A DNA stretch of 45,655 nt from Thermodesulfovibrionales bacterium (GCA_044450345.1 JBIOIY010000016.1:1-45655); one strand, 5' to 3'. Positions 8,830 through 17,742 are shown, counted from the stretch's first letter. Numbers and translations: made by a program. Notes: generated by a model not told the origin, from the sequence alone.

Positions 8830-9526
8830 GATAAAAAATATAGACGTATCGTACGGTGACGTGCAGGTGATCCGGGATGTTTCTTTTCATGTCGGAGAAT
8901 TTGAGGTCGTCGCGCTCATAGGCACAAACGGAGCCGGCAAATCTACCATACTAAAGACCATCTCGGGGCTCATAAGTCCGTCAGAGGGGGAGATCCTTTT
9001 TGACGGGGCACCTATTCATACACGTGCGCCTCACCGTTTAATTGATGCGGGTATCGCCCATGTGCCGGAGGCAAGAAGGCTCTTCGTCGAAATGACCGTC
9101 GAGGAGAACCTGGATATGGGATCTCTGAAAGGTATGGCCAGGGCAGAGCGGCCAAAGACCAAGGAGATGGTCTTTGAACTTTTCCCCACGCTGATGAAGC
9201 GCAGGAAACAGCTGTGCGGAACGCTTTCGGGCGGTGAACAGCAGATGGTCGCCATCGCCCGGGGCCTCATGTCAAAGCCGAAGCTGATCATGTTCGATGA
9301 ACCTTCGCTGGGGCTGGCCCCCATACTCGTAAGGGAGATTTTTGACGTCATATGCAGAATCAGGCGGGAAGGGGCCACGGTGCTCATCGTGGAGCAGAAC
9401 GTGAAGCAGACACTCCTGATCTCCGACAGGGCCTATGTTCTTGAGACGGGAAGGATCGTGCTTGAAGGGTCCGGCGAATCGATCCTCAAAAACGAGCATG
9501 TGAAGACGGCATATCTCGGAGTATAA
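8822..9526 (+). CDS. livF: ABC transporter ATP-binding protein
   Basis: GTNGAGKST, HVPEARRLF, LSGGEQQM, DEPSLGLAP, VEQN. Confidence 0.92.
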   Translation: MLEIKNIDVSYGDVQVIRDVSFHVGEFEVVALIGTNGAGKSTILKTISGLISPSEGEILFDGAPIHTRAPHRLIDAGIAHVPEARRLFVEMTVEENLDMGSLKGMARAERPKTKEMVFELFPTLMKRRKQLCGTLSGGEQQMVAIARGLMSKPKLIMFDEPSLGLAPILVREIFDVICRIRREGATVLIVEQNVKQTLLISDRAYVLETGRIVLEGSGESILKNEHVKTAYLGV

Positions 9527-9534
9527 AACGGAAT

Positions 9535-9592
9535 GTAGGGGTAGACACGCAGGTCTACCCGATTACAGGGCGGCCACACAGGCCGCCCCTAC
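9535..9592. repeat. GTAG-type REP doublet (REPIN-like)
   Basis: GTAG-GGGTAGAC-acgcag-GTCTACCC ... GGGCGGCC-acaca-GGCCGCCC-CTAC: two palindromic REPs in inverted orientation with GTAG/CTAC feet. Confidence 0.8.
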
Positions 9593-9618
9593 ACCTTATT
9601 TTTCAAGGAGGCGGGATT

Positions 9619-10263
9619 ATGTTCGTATCGGAATGGATGACACGGAAGGTATTCAACGTAAAGCCTGATAACAGCGTCTCGGATGTGGTAAAGATGATAA
9701 GGGAGAAAGGCATTAAGCATGTCCCGGTCGTTGAACAAGGCAAATTGAGGGGGATCGTTTCAGACCGGGACATAAAGGATTACTGTCCTTCAAGGGCGAC
9801 CTCTCTCGACATGTACGAACTGCATTACCTCCTCGCAAAAACAAAGGTCAGTGACGTCATGAAGACAAAGGTTTTCACGACCGGCCCCGATATACCCATT
9901 GAGGAGGCCGCCATGGTCTTGTATGATAAAAATGTGGGGTGTCTGCCTGTAGTAGAAGGCGGGAAACTAGTCGGCATCATCTCCGACAGGGATATATTCC
10001 GTGCCCTCATCGACATCACAGGAATAAGGCACCGCGGGCATAGAATTTTTGTGACGATCGAGGACAAACCAGGCTCGATAAAGGACGTCGCGGATATTAT
10101 AAGGAAATACGGTTTCACCCTGCAAAGCATACTCACCTCTTATGAAAAGGCGAAAGAGGGATGCAGGAATATCGTGATAAGAACCAAAGGCTCGGGAAAT
10201 TTTAAAGCCCTCAAGGCCGAACTTGAGGGCACTTATGCCGGGGTAGGGATCTTGAAGGGATAA
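9619..10263 (+). CDS. CBS-pair + ACT domain protein (AcuB-like)
   Basis: Two CBS motifs (HVPVV..LRGIVSDRDI; CLPVV..LVGIISDRDI), ATSLDMYELHYLL, C-terminal EDKPG ACT motif. Confidence 0.85.
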   Translation: MFVSEWMTRKVFNVKPDNSVSDVVKMIREKGIKHVPVVEQGKLRGIVSDRDIKDYCPSRATSLDMYELHYLLAKTKVSDVMKTKVFTTGPDIPIEEAAMVLYDKNVGCLPVVEGGKLVGIISDRDIFRALIDITGIRHRGHRIFVTIEDKPGSIKDVADIIRKYGFTLQSILTSYEKAKEGCRNIVIRTKGSGNFKALKAELEGTYAGVGILKG

Positions 10264-10293
10264 TCTTACAGGCCGGCGTTGGGAGGATGAATT

Positions 10294-11568
10294 TTGCTGA
10301 ACAAGGCTCATGAACGAATACATGCAGACGACACGATCCTCTGCAAGCTCTGCCTCAGTGAACTTGGAGAGATATACTCGGACCTCGGGCTGACAACGGA
10401 TGAACTCGACCTTCTGGATATGCCGAGACGTTCTTTCACCGTCCATTTCCCGGTGAGGATGGATTCTGGCAAGATAAAGATGTTCGTAGGCCACAGGGTG
10501 CAGTACAATGATGCCAGAGGACCCTCCAAAGGGGGATTGAGGTTCCATCCTGAGCTTACTATTGACCATGTCAAGGACCTCGCTTTTCTTATGGTACTTA
10601 AATGTGCCGTAGTAAATATCCCCTTCGGCGGCTCGAAAGGCGGCGTCGTCGTCAACCCGAAGGAACTGAGCAGGAACGAAATTGAACAGGTCACGCGGGG
10701 TTATATACGCGCCATCGCGGACTATATAGGTCCTTTCAAAGACATCCCGGCCCCCGATGTCTATACCGACGAGAAGATAATGGTCTGGATACTCGATGAA
10801 TACGAGCGGATAAAAGGCATGCATGTACCAGCTGTGGTCACCGGGAAGCCCCTTGAGCTGGCCGGCAGCAGGGCCCGGATCTATTCAACGTCCCTGGGGG
10901 GAATATACGTCCTCGAAGAAGCTTTAAAAAAAGCCGGCCTGGACAAAAGGAATGCACGCGTCGCGATACAGGGTTTCGGGAATGTCGGAGAAAATGCCGC
11001 TCGCATACTCTTCGAGGGCGGGTATAAAGTGATTGCGGTGAGCGACTCGAGGGGCGGGATACTGAACGAAAAAGGCATGGATATCAGCGAGGTCATAAGG
11101 TACAAGGAAATGAACGGAATGGTCGGCGGTTTTGACGGAGCAATGGACATCACAAACGGGGAACTGCTTACCAGCGATTGCGATATTCTGATACCCGCCG
11201 CACTATCGGACCAGCTGAACAAGAACAACGCCAAGGACGTCAAGGCAAAGATAGTCCTTGAACTTGCGAACGCTCCCACAACGATCGAGGCAGATGAGAT
11301 ATTTTTCGAAAAAGGGATCATGCTGGTTCCCGACGTCCTCGCAAACGCCGGAGGCGTAGTGGTGAGCTATTTTGAATGGAGCCAGAACCTCAACAGCGAA
11401 TACTGGGAAGAAGAGAAGGTCCTCCGGAGATTAAGAAACGTAATGATAACGGCCTTCAACGACGTCTACTCGTTCTGCGGTGAGGGAAGGTGCCGGATGA
11501 GGAGAGCGGCTTATCAACTGGCGGTTAAGAGGATATTGCACGCGGAGAGGCTGAGGGGAAATCTGTAA
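10294..11568 (+). CDS. gdhA: Glu/Leu/Phe/Val dehydrogenase, probably glutamate dehydrogenase
   Basis: GPSKGGLRF, GGSKGG, DIPAPDV, VVTGKP, QGFGNVG, PDVLANAGGVVVSYFEW. Confidence 0.88.
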   Translation: MLNKAHERIHADDTILCKLCLSELGEIYSDLGLTTDELDLLDMPRRSFTVHFPVRMDSGKIKMFVGHRVQYNDARGPSKGGLRFHPELTIDHVKDLAFLMVLKCAVVNIPFGGSKGGVVVNPKELSRNEIEQVTRGYIRAIADYIGPFKDIPAPDVYTDEKIMVWILDEYERIKGMHVPAVVTGKPLELAGSRARIYSTSLGGIYVLEEALKKAGLDKRNARVAIQGFGNVGENAARILFEGGYKVIAVSDSRGGILNEKGMDISEVIRYKEMNGMVGGFDGAMDITNGELLTSDCDILIPAALSDQLNKNNAKDVKAKIVLELANAPTTIEADEIFFEKGIMLVPDVLANAGGVVVSYFEWSQNLNSEYWEEEKVLRRLRNVMITAFNDVYSFCGEGRCRMRRAAYQLAVKRILHAERLRGNL

Positions 11569-11576
11569 GTCAACTG

Positions 11577-11684
11577 TTATTTCTCAACAGTAAGAATACG
11601 ATCCAGCGTGTTGCTTAATTCTTCTATCTCATAGGGCTTGGATAATCCTGCCTTAAAGCCTTCTGCCATATAATTCGATACACT
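11577..11684 (-). pseudogene. Remnant of a response-regulator receiver-domain C-terminus
   Basis: Minus strand reads SVSNYMAEGFKAGLSKPYEIEELSNTLDRILTVEK*, matching the (NY..GF....KPY..EEL) end of REC domains of hybrid kinases; an in-frame stop lies immediately upstream. Confidence 0.55.
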
Positions 11685-11872
11685 TTAATTCAACAAACCA
11701 AAAATTCCGATGAAAACTTTCGTTCGGGCATAGCTTCTCGGCTATCTTCCGACCTTTCCCATTAAAATGAACATGGGGCCTCGGAAGTACTAATAAGGAT
11801 GACAACGGCACAAAAAAGTCGTAATCTATTTGTTATCGAAATAAAGCAACTGCTGCACATACATGAAGGAGC

Positions 11873-14533
11873 GTGCAAATGAACGAACGGCATTTTAAAT
11901 ATATGCGCGAAGACTTCGGCGACCTGCCGGTTATATTAAATCACCTGACGATGTATCTCAATTTCGCCGGTGATTTTGTGGAGGCCACGAATTGTCTTGA
12001 AATGACGGCGAAGCAGCCGATGCACGAGCTTCACCTTGATGCCAACAACGTCGAGATCATAAGTGTGGAATGGTGTGAAAGCCCCTCCGTTAAAGGAAGG
12101 CCCCTGGATTATGAGTACCGCCGGGAGAAAAACATGCTTGTCGTAAAAATACCGGGAAGAGTCGAAAAGGCAGAGAAGTTCTTGGTACGCACCACGACCC
12201 GTTGTTTTCCCTCGGACCGCATATTGGAGGGAATCTACAAGGACGCAACTCCTCCGGGTGCGCCCCAGCAATATGTTTCGCAATGCCAGCAATGGGGCTT
12301 TCAGCGTATCATGCCGATCCTGGACGATTGCCGGGCAAAGTGCACCATGACCACCACCATCGAGGCTGACAACGCCTATACCCATCTTATCAGTAATGGG
12401 AACATCAGCCGTCGCACGAACCCCGACGGCAGGCCGGTGCCAAAACCCGGGGATCCGTCCAGGCAGATAATAACCTATGAAAATCTCATCCCGATGGCCC
12501 CTTATCTCTTCCTTGTCTGTGTAGGCACATGGGAAACCCTGGTCGACAGCGTTATCTACGGATCCGGACGCGCTGTCCGTCTCGAATACCTGGTGCCGCC
12601 GGGTGCTGCGGAGTATGTCCGTGTCCCGATGGATATCCTCAAGAAATCGATCCTCTGGATACGGAAAACTCAGGGCTATGAATACACCGGAGAGACGTAC
12701 CGGACCATATGCATGAACAAGTCTAACTTCGGGGGCATGGAGAACGTGGGTAATACGACGATCGTGACCGATGCCTCCCTCGTGACTGAACATACGTTGG
12801 ACATGGCTCTTCTTTACGCCCACGCGGTGATCGTCCATGAATTCGAACACAACCAGTGCGGGAGCGAAACGACGATGGAGACGCCTTTCGATGTCTGGCT
12901 GAACGAGGCATACACCGTGGATGTCGAACGGCAGTTCATGGCCGACCTTTTTGATCCCGCCTTCATCCGTCTATATCAGGTGGACAGTATACGGAACCCC
13001 CTTCTCGGCCCTCTTGCGATCGAAGACGCCGGTCATGCCGGAAAAATAGTGCGGAAAGGGTTTAATGACCCGGACGAATTGATCGACGGAGTGACTTATG
13101 TCAAGGCGGCCGAGGTCATCAGGATGCTGAGGCTTATTCTTGGGGAAAAAAATTTCCGCGCGGGGAAGACGCTCTACTTCTCCCGTTATCACAACGGCAA
13201 CGCGAACACCGACCAGTTCTTCGAGTGCTTTGAAGAAGTCTCGGGAAGATCTCTCGATCAATTCAAGAGGGAGTGGCTGTACAGGATCGGGTATCCACGG
13301 GTTACCGCCGCGACAGAGTATGACCAGTCTAAGGGCCTGTACCGCGTCCGTTTCCGGCAGAAGGTCGGTCCGGGACAAAGGCCTTTCCACTTGCCGATCG
13401 AATTGGCCCTGGTTGATTTTGCCGGGAAGGATATCCCGGGAACACAGGAAGTTTTTCAGCTGAGCGAGTCGGAAGGTGAGGTCGTTTTGGAGGGCATTTC
13501 TTCGCCTCCGGCCTTTGCTTCCATGAACCGGGACTCTTCTTTTTATGGGACCTTCGGCTATAGAGACGCCGATCCGAAAGTCCTTACTCTCCAGGCCCGG
13601 CTGGATCCGAACGCGTATAACAGGGTCGACGCCTTCCGTCAACTCACCGATATCGAGAGGACCAGACTCCTTCTGAACCCGGATGAAAAGGTAAGTCCGG
13701 AGTGGCTCGAACTTTACGGAGAAGTCCTTTCGGCGGGGGACATGTCGCATTCACTGAAGGCATATTTCCTGCGTATCGACGAACAACCGGTGAACCGCGA
13801 ATATTCGACATGGCATCAGGAACTCGTAGCCGCCCGCGAAAAGCTGATGCTCTCTGTAAACCGCACATATCGTTACAGGCTTGTCGAGGAGTTCTCGGGT
13901 CTTGACAATTACTCCGAGACAAGTACGAAGGCCCTAAAAAACGGAATCGAGGCACGCATGTTGAAACAAGTACTATTGGACCTGATCACGGTTGACGATT
14001 CTAAAGAAAGTCATAAAGCAATTCTCGACCATTTTTATTCGGCTACGACTACGACCGACCGGGTGGCTGCCCTCCTGGCCCTTAACCGCAGTTCATCGCC
14101 GATGAGAAGAAAGGTGCTTGATGATACGTACGATTCTTGGCACAACCATCTGAGCGGCTATGCCAATTATCTCAGGGTAGTCGCCAGCGGGACGAGTGAG
14201 GATGTCTTTGATATGATAGAGACAGAAAAACATCGGCCGGGGTTCGACATCACACAGCCCACCTGGAGCCGGGCACTTTTTCTGCCTATGGCCACAAATA
14301 ATAAGATGGTCTGGACCGACCGCGGCATCGCTTGGCTTACGGATACAGTGATAGAACTTGCGCCGATCAATGCGACTACCGCCGGCCGTCTCCTTAACAC
14401 ATTCCAGCATGTGAGGAAATTGAGGCATCCGCTGCAGGCTAAGGTGAGGAAGGCGCTCGAAAAGATTGTGCAACAGGTGTCGGAGGAAGCATGTCCTGCT
14501 GTGTATGGACAGGCGAGGGCATATCTTAAATGA
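11873..14533 (+). CDS. pepN: M1 family aminopeptidase N
   Basis: SQCQQWGFQRI, GGMEN exopeptidase motif, HEFEH-x18-E zinc motif, VTYVKAAEV. Start is GTG 11873 or ATG 11879. Confidence 0.9.
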   Translation: MQMNERHFKYMREDFGDLPVILNHLTMYLNFAGDFVEATNCLEMTAKQPMHELHLDANNVEIISVEWCESPSVKGRPLDYEYRREKNMLVVKIPGRVEKAEKFLVRTTTRCFPSDRILEGIYKDATPPGAPQQYVSQCQQWGFQRIMPILDDCRAKCTMTTTIEADNAYTHLISNGNISRRTNPDGRPVPKPGDPSRQIITYENLIPMAPYLFLVCVGTWETLVDSVIYGSGRAVRLEYLVPPGAAEYVRVPMDILKKSILWIRKTQGYEYTGETYRTICMNKSNFGGMENVGNTTIVTDASLVTEHTLDMALLYAHAVIVHEFEHNQCGSETTMETPFDVWLNEAYTVDVERQFMADLFDPAFIRLYQVDSIRNPLLGPLAIEDAGHAGKIVRKGFNDPDELIDGVTYVKAAEVIRMLRLILGEKNFRAGKTLYFSRYHNGNANTDQFFECFEEVSGRSLDQFKREWLYRIGYPRVTAATEYDQSKGLYRVRFRQKVGPGQRPFHLPIELALVDFAGKDIPGTQEVFQLSESEGEVVLEGISSPPAFASMNRDSSFYGTFGYRDADPKVLTLQARLDPNAYNRVDAFRQLTDIERTRLLLNPDEKVSPEWLELYGEVLSAGDMSHSLKAYFLRIDEQPVNREYSTWHQELVAAREKLMLSVNRTYRYRLVEEFSGLDNYSETSTKALKNGIEARMLKQVLLDLITVDDSKESHKAILDHFYSATTTTDRVAALLALNRSSSPMRRKVLDDTYDSWHNHLSGYANYLRVVASGTSEDVFDMIETEKHRPGFDITQPTWSRALFLPMATNNKMVWTDRGIAWLTDTVIELAPINATTAGRLLNTFQHVRKLRHPLQAKVRKALEKIVQQVSEEACPAVYGQARAYLK

Positions 14534-14629
14534 TAAGTGACCGCGGCCTTCTTCATCCATTCGCATAAGAAAATACTTGACAATCGCACTGAAGAAGCGC
14601 CTAATGAAGCTAAGGGTAAGTAGCTCACC

Positions 14630-14777
14630 AAAGTGGTGGCCTTGCTCCTCTCAAAACCCAGCAGACGGTTGTAAAGTCGTAAGACGCAAGTTGTGGACGT
14701 AAGAGTCTTAAGCTGTGAGTCTCATGATGTACAAACCGCTGAGAGATGAGGGGACGCAAGCACCACTTTTTTATTTT
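14630..14777 (+). ncRNA. Candidate rod-like structured ncRNA (~140 nt) with 3' U-tract
   Basis: Nested pairings AAAGTGGTG/CACCACTTT, CTTGC/GCAAG, TCCTCTCA/TGAGGGGA, CGGTT/AACCG, TCGTAAGAC/GTCTCATGA, AGTT/AGCT, GGAC/GTCT; followed by a T-run; TTGACA at 14577-14582. Confidence 0.55.
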
Positions 14778-14889
14778 CGGCAATCCGATCCCCCTTGCTC
14801 AGAAACTGTCCTAAATTTTTGCTGCTGCAAGATCATTCTCGGGTCTAAGGCCACACAACTTAAAACGTGACAGGTAGCTATTTTTGTGC

Positions 14890-14906
14890 TATTAATTATA
14901 TTAATA
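14890..14906. promoter_or_regulatory. AT-rich palindrome upstream of ferritin (possible Fur/PerR-family operator)
   Basis: TATTAAT-tat-ATTAATA perfect 7-3-7 inverted repeat 34 nt before the ferritin ATG. Confidence 0.4.
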
Positions 14907-14940
14907 TCTCTGAAGATCTTTACCATAAAGGAGATCGATT

Positions 14941-15489
14941 ATGCTGAACAAGAGAATGGAACAATCTTTAAACGAGCAGATGAACCGCGAGCTGTATTCA
15001 GCGTATCTTTACCTGTCCATGTCATCCTATTGCACAAACAAAGGACTGAAAGGCTTTGCAAACTGGTTTATGGTCCAATATCATGAGGAGATGTTCCATG
15101 CCATGAAATTTTATGAGTACATCAATCTCCAAGGAGGCAGGGCCATTCTCGCGGCAATACCACAACCTCCTTCATCATTTGAATCTCCTCTGGATATGTT
15201 TACTAAAACGCTCCAGCATGAGCAATTTATCACGAAATCGATCAATGAACTGATGGAACTCGCGATTGCCGAGAAGGACCACGCTACCCAGATTATTCTG
15301 CAGTGGTACGTAACCGAGCAGGTCGAGGAAGAGAGCAATGATAACGAGATCATCCCTCAATTAAAGATCATCAAAGATGATCCCCAGGGGATTATGTTGC
15401 TCGATAGGGAGCTTGCCGGGAGAATGACTACTGTCCCCACGGAGTTCAGCAAGGGGATTCAGGCGGCAATCAAAGGGGCGGGGGGATAA
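14941..15489 (+). CDS. ftnA: Non-heme ferritin
   Basis: LNEQMNRELYSAYLYLSM, GFANW..Q..EE..HAMK, LQWYVTEQVEEE ferroxidase motifs; SD aaggag. Confidence 0.93.
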   Translation: MLNKRMEQSLNEQMNRELYSAYLYLSMSSYCTNKGLKGFANWFMVQYHEEMFHAMKFYEYINLQGGRAILAAIPQPPSSFESPLDMFTKTLQHEQFITKSINELMELAIAEKDHATQIILQWYVTEQVEEESNDNEIIPQLKIIKDDPQGIMLLDRELAGRMTTVPTEFSKGIQAAIKGAGG

Positions 15490-15511
15490 ATTATCCCTGC
15501 CGACGAGAGCT

Positions 15512-17716
15512 TCAGGTGCGGTCCTTCAGCTCTTCAAGCAGTTTATTGAAATCCCCGTCTCCCATCTCTCTTGTAAGCTCGGTAATAAATCCGTGGACCG
15601 TGTTGACGTTGGGGGAGCCGAGTTTTTCGAATATATCGAGTGAGATAAGAAAATCTATAAAGGCGTCTTTATAATTCTTCTTGTTCTGCATCACCTTCCC
15701 GATCATCCCTATACTGCTTGCCACGCCGGCGATATCTCCTACCTTCTTCGCTATCTCAAGGGCCTTCTGGTAGAATTCGAGCGCACCGTCATAATCTTCC
15801 CTGTTCTGATAGACTATTCCCATCTGATGGTAACTCTTCGCAACTCCGGCGATATCCCCGATCTTCTCGGCTATCGCAAAGGCCCTCTGGTGAAAATCGA
15901 GAGCCTTCTCATGGTCTCCTTTGTTTTCGTAGACCATCCCCATCTGATGATAACTCTTCGAGATGCCGGATATGTCGCCGATCCTCTCACTAATCTCAAG
16001 GGCCATCCGGAAAAACTCAAGGGCATTGGGGTAGTCACCCCTGTCCTGATAAACGATCCCGATCTGGTGATAACTCTTCGCCACCTCGGCGATATCCCCG
16101 ATCCTTTTGCTGATCTCGAGGGCCTTCTGGTAAAAATCAAGGGCCTTACCGTGGTCGCCCCTACTTTCGTGGACCATTCCTATCTGGTTGTAACTCATCG
16201 CTACTCCGGCGAAATCTCCGACCTTTTCGGCTATCTCGAGGGCCTTGCCGGTATATTCAAGCGCCTTATTATGTTCACCTTTCAACTTATAAAGCAGGCC
16301 CATCTGCCCGTATATCCTCAGGACCCTGTAAGAGTCTTCCGAGTTCTCTCTTATATGCAGGGCCCTGCGGGAATAGTCGAGGGCACTGTCATAGTCGCCC
16401 TTTTTTTCGTGCACTATTCCTATATTTTGATAGCAGACCGATACCATATCTATGTCGCCTATCTTCTCAGCGATCTCGATGGACTGTTGAAAATAGTCAA
16501 GCGCCCAGCCGTAATCTCCCCTTTTTTCATGCACGATGCCTATCTGGTTATAACTCTTTGAGACACCCACGCTGTCGCCTGTCTTCTTACTTATGCCGAG
16601 GGCCTTCTGGTGAAACTCAAGCGCCTGGTCGTAGTCGCCGCTCTTCTGGTAAACCACCCCTATCTGGTAACAATTCATGGCCGTTCCCGCAAGGTCGCCT
16701 ATATCCTCGGAGACCTTAAGTGCCTTCTGAGAAAATGCCAGGGCCTTTTCGTAGTCGCCTCTCTTCTGATGGACCACCCCTATCTGATGATAGCTCATCG
16801 ATACCTCCGCGAGGTCTCCTATCTTTTCCGCTATCTCCAGGGCCTTGAGGTGATACTCATGGGCACTGTCATAATCGCCCCTTTTTTCATGCACTATCCC
16901 TATCTGATGATAACTCTTCGATACCTCGGCAAGGTCGCCGATCTTCTCGGCCATCTGAAGCGCCTTAATGTGAAACTCATGGGCGCGGCCCTGATCCCCT
17001 CTGCTCTGACAGATCATGCCAAGCTGGTTATAGCCCGTTGCAATCCCCGTCATATCTCCGATCCTCTCGGCTATTTCAAGAGCCTTATGGGTATATTCGA
17101 GGGCCCCGTCATAATCGCCCTTGAGCTTGTAAATCAGCCCCAGCTGCCCATATATCCTCAAAACCTTATCCTCATCATTTTCCTCGATAGCTAGGGCCTT
17201 AAGGGAATATTCGAGCGCCTCCGGGTATTCACCCCTTTTCTGGTGGACTATCCCGATGTTCTGAGTGCAGACGGATATCATGTCCGTATCACCCATCTTC
17301 TCGGCCATATCGAGCGACCTATGAAAAGAATCGAGCGCCATGCCGTAGTTACTTCTCTTCTGGTAGATTATTCCTATCTGGTTCAAGCTTCGCGCACTGT
17401 CGTAGCCATCGCCATTTTTTTCAGCCAATTCCAGGGCTTTCTGAAAAAAATCGAGTGCCCTGTCATACTCACTCCTTTTCTGATATATGACACCTATGCC
17501 GTGATAGTTTTTCGCAACCCCGGCTATATCACCGGCCCTCTCTGCCGTTTCAAGTGATTTTTGAAAGGCCCATAGTGCCTTGTCATAGTCGTACCGCTTC
17601 TGATGGAGGACCCCTATTTTGTGGTAGCTCCTTGCGACCCCTGCAGCATCGCCTGCCTTTTCGGCGTCGGCGACGGCTTTTTGAAGTGCCCCCAATTCGC
17701 TTTCGTGTTCCTTCAT
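15512..17716 (-). CDS. All-TPR solenoid protein (17 repeats of ~40 aa); start moved to ATG 17716
   Basis: Repeat consensus AKSYHQIGIVYQKRGDYDKALEFHQKALEIAEKIGDIAGV; no other domain; SD-like gaggga upstream of MKEHE. The longer ORF-track start overlaps mnmG. Confidence 0.88.
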   Translation of the reverse strand: MKEHESELGALQKAVADAEKAGDAAGVARSYHKIGVLHQKRYDYDKALWAFQKSLETAERAGDIAGVAKNYHGIGVIYQKRSEYDRALDFFQKALELAEKNGDGYDSARSLNQIGIIYQKRSNYGMALDSFHRSLDMAEKMGDTDMISVCTQNIGIVHQKRGEYPEALEYSLKALAIEENDEDKVLRIYGQLGLIYKLKGDYDGALEYTHKALEIAERIGDMTGIATGYNQLGMICQSRGDQGRAHEFHIKALQMAEKIGDLAEVSKSYHQIGIVHEKRGDYDSAHEYHLKALEIAEKIGDLAEVSMSYHQIGVVHQKRGDYEKALAFSQKALKVSEDIGDLAGTAMNCYQIGVVYQKSGDYDQALEFHQKALGISKKTGDSVGVSKSYNQIGIVHEKRGDYGWALDYFQQSIEIAEKIGDIDMVSVCYQNIGIVHEKKGDYDSALDYSRRALHIRENSEDSYRVLRIYGQMGLLYKLKGEHNKALEYTGKALEIAEKVGDFAGVAMSYNQIGMVHESRGDHGKALDFYQKALEISKRIGDIAEVAKSYHQIGIVYQDRGDYPNALEFFRMALEISERIGDISGISKSYHQMGMVYENKGDHEKALDFHQRAFAIAEKIGDIAGVAKSYHQMGIVYQNREDYDGALEFYQKALEIAKKVGDIAGVASSIGMIGKVMQNKKNYKDAFIDFLISLDIFEKLGSPNVNTVHGFITELTREMGDGDFNKLLEELKDRT

Positions 17717-17742
17717 AGGCTCGTTGTTTCCCTCAGTAAATG

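Noticed and set aside
14659..14700. NiCo/czcD riboswitch (CAGCAGAC..TGTGGAC words) upstream of ferritin
   Set aside because: The required four-way junction could not be built; the similarity is limited to short words.
14604..14702. 32-codon ORF (MKLRVSSSPKWWPC...) overlapping the rod-like RNA, as a possible type I toxin or leader peptide
   Set aside because: No SD, not hydrophobic, and it starts within the presumed promoter.
15512..17716. 120-nt periodic DNA repeats that might suggest a CRISPR array or DGR
   Set aside because: The periodicity is the degenerate coding repeat of TPR units. There are no identical repeats with unique spacers, no cas or RT gene, and no adenine-specific variation was noticed.
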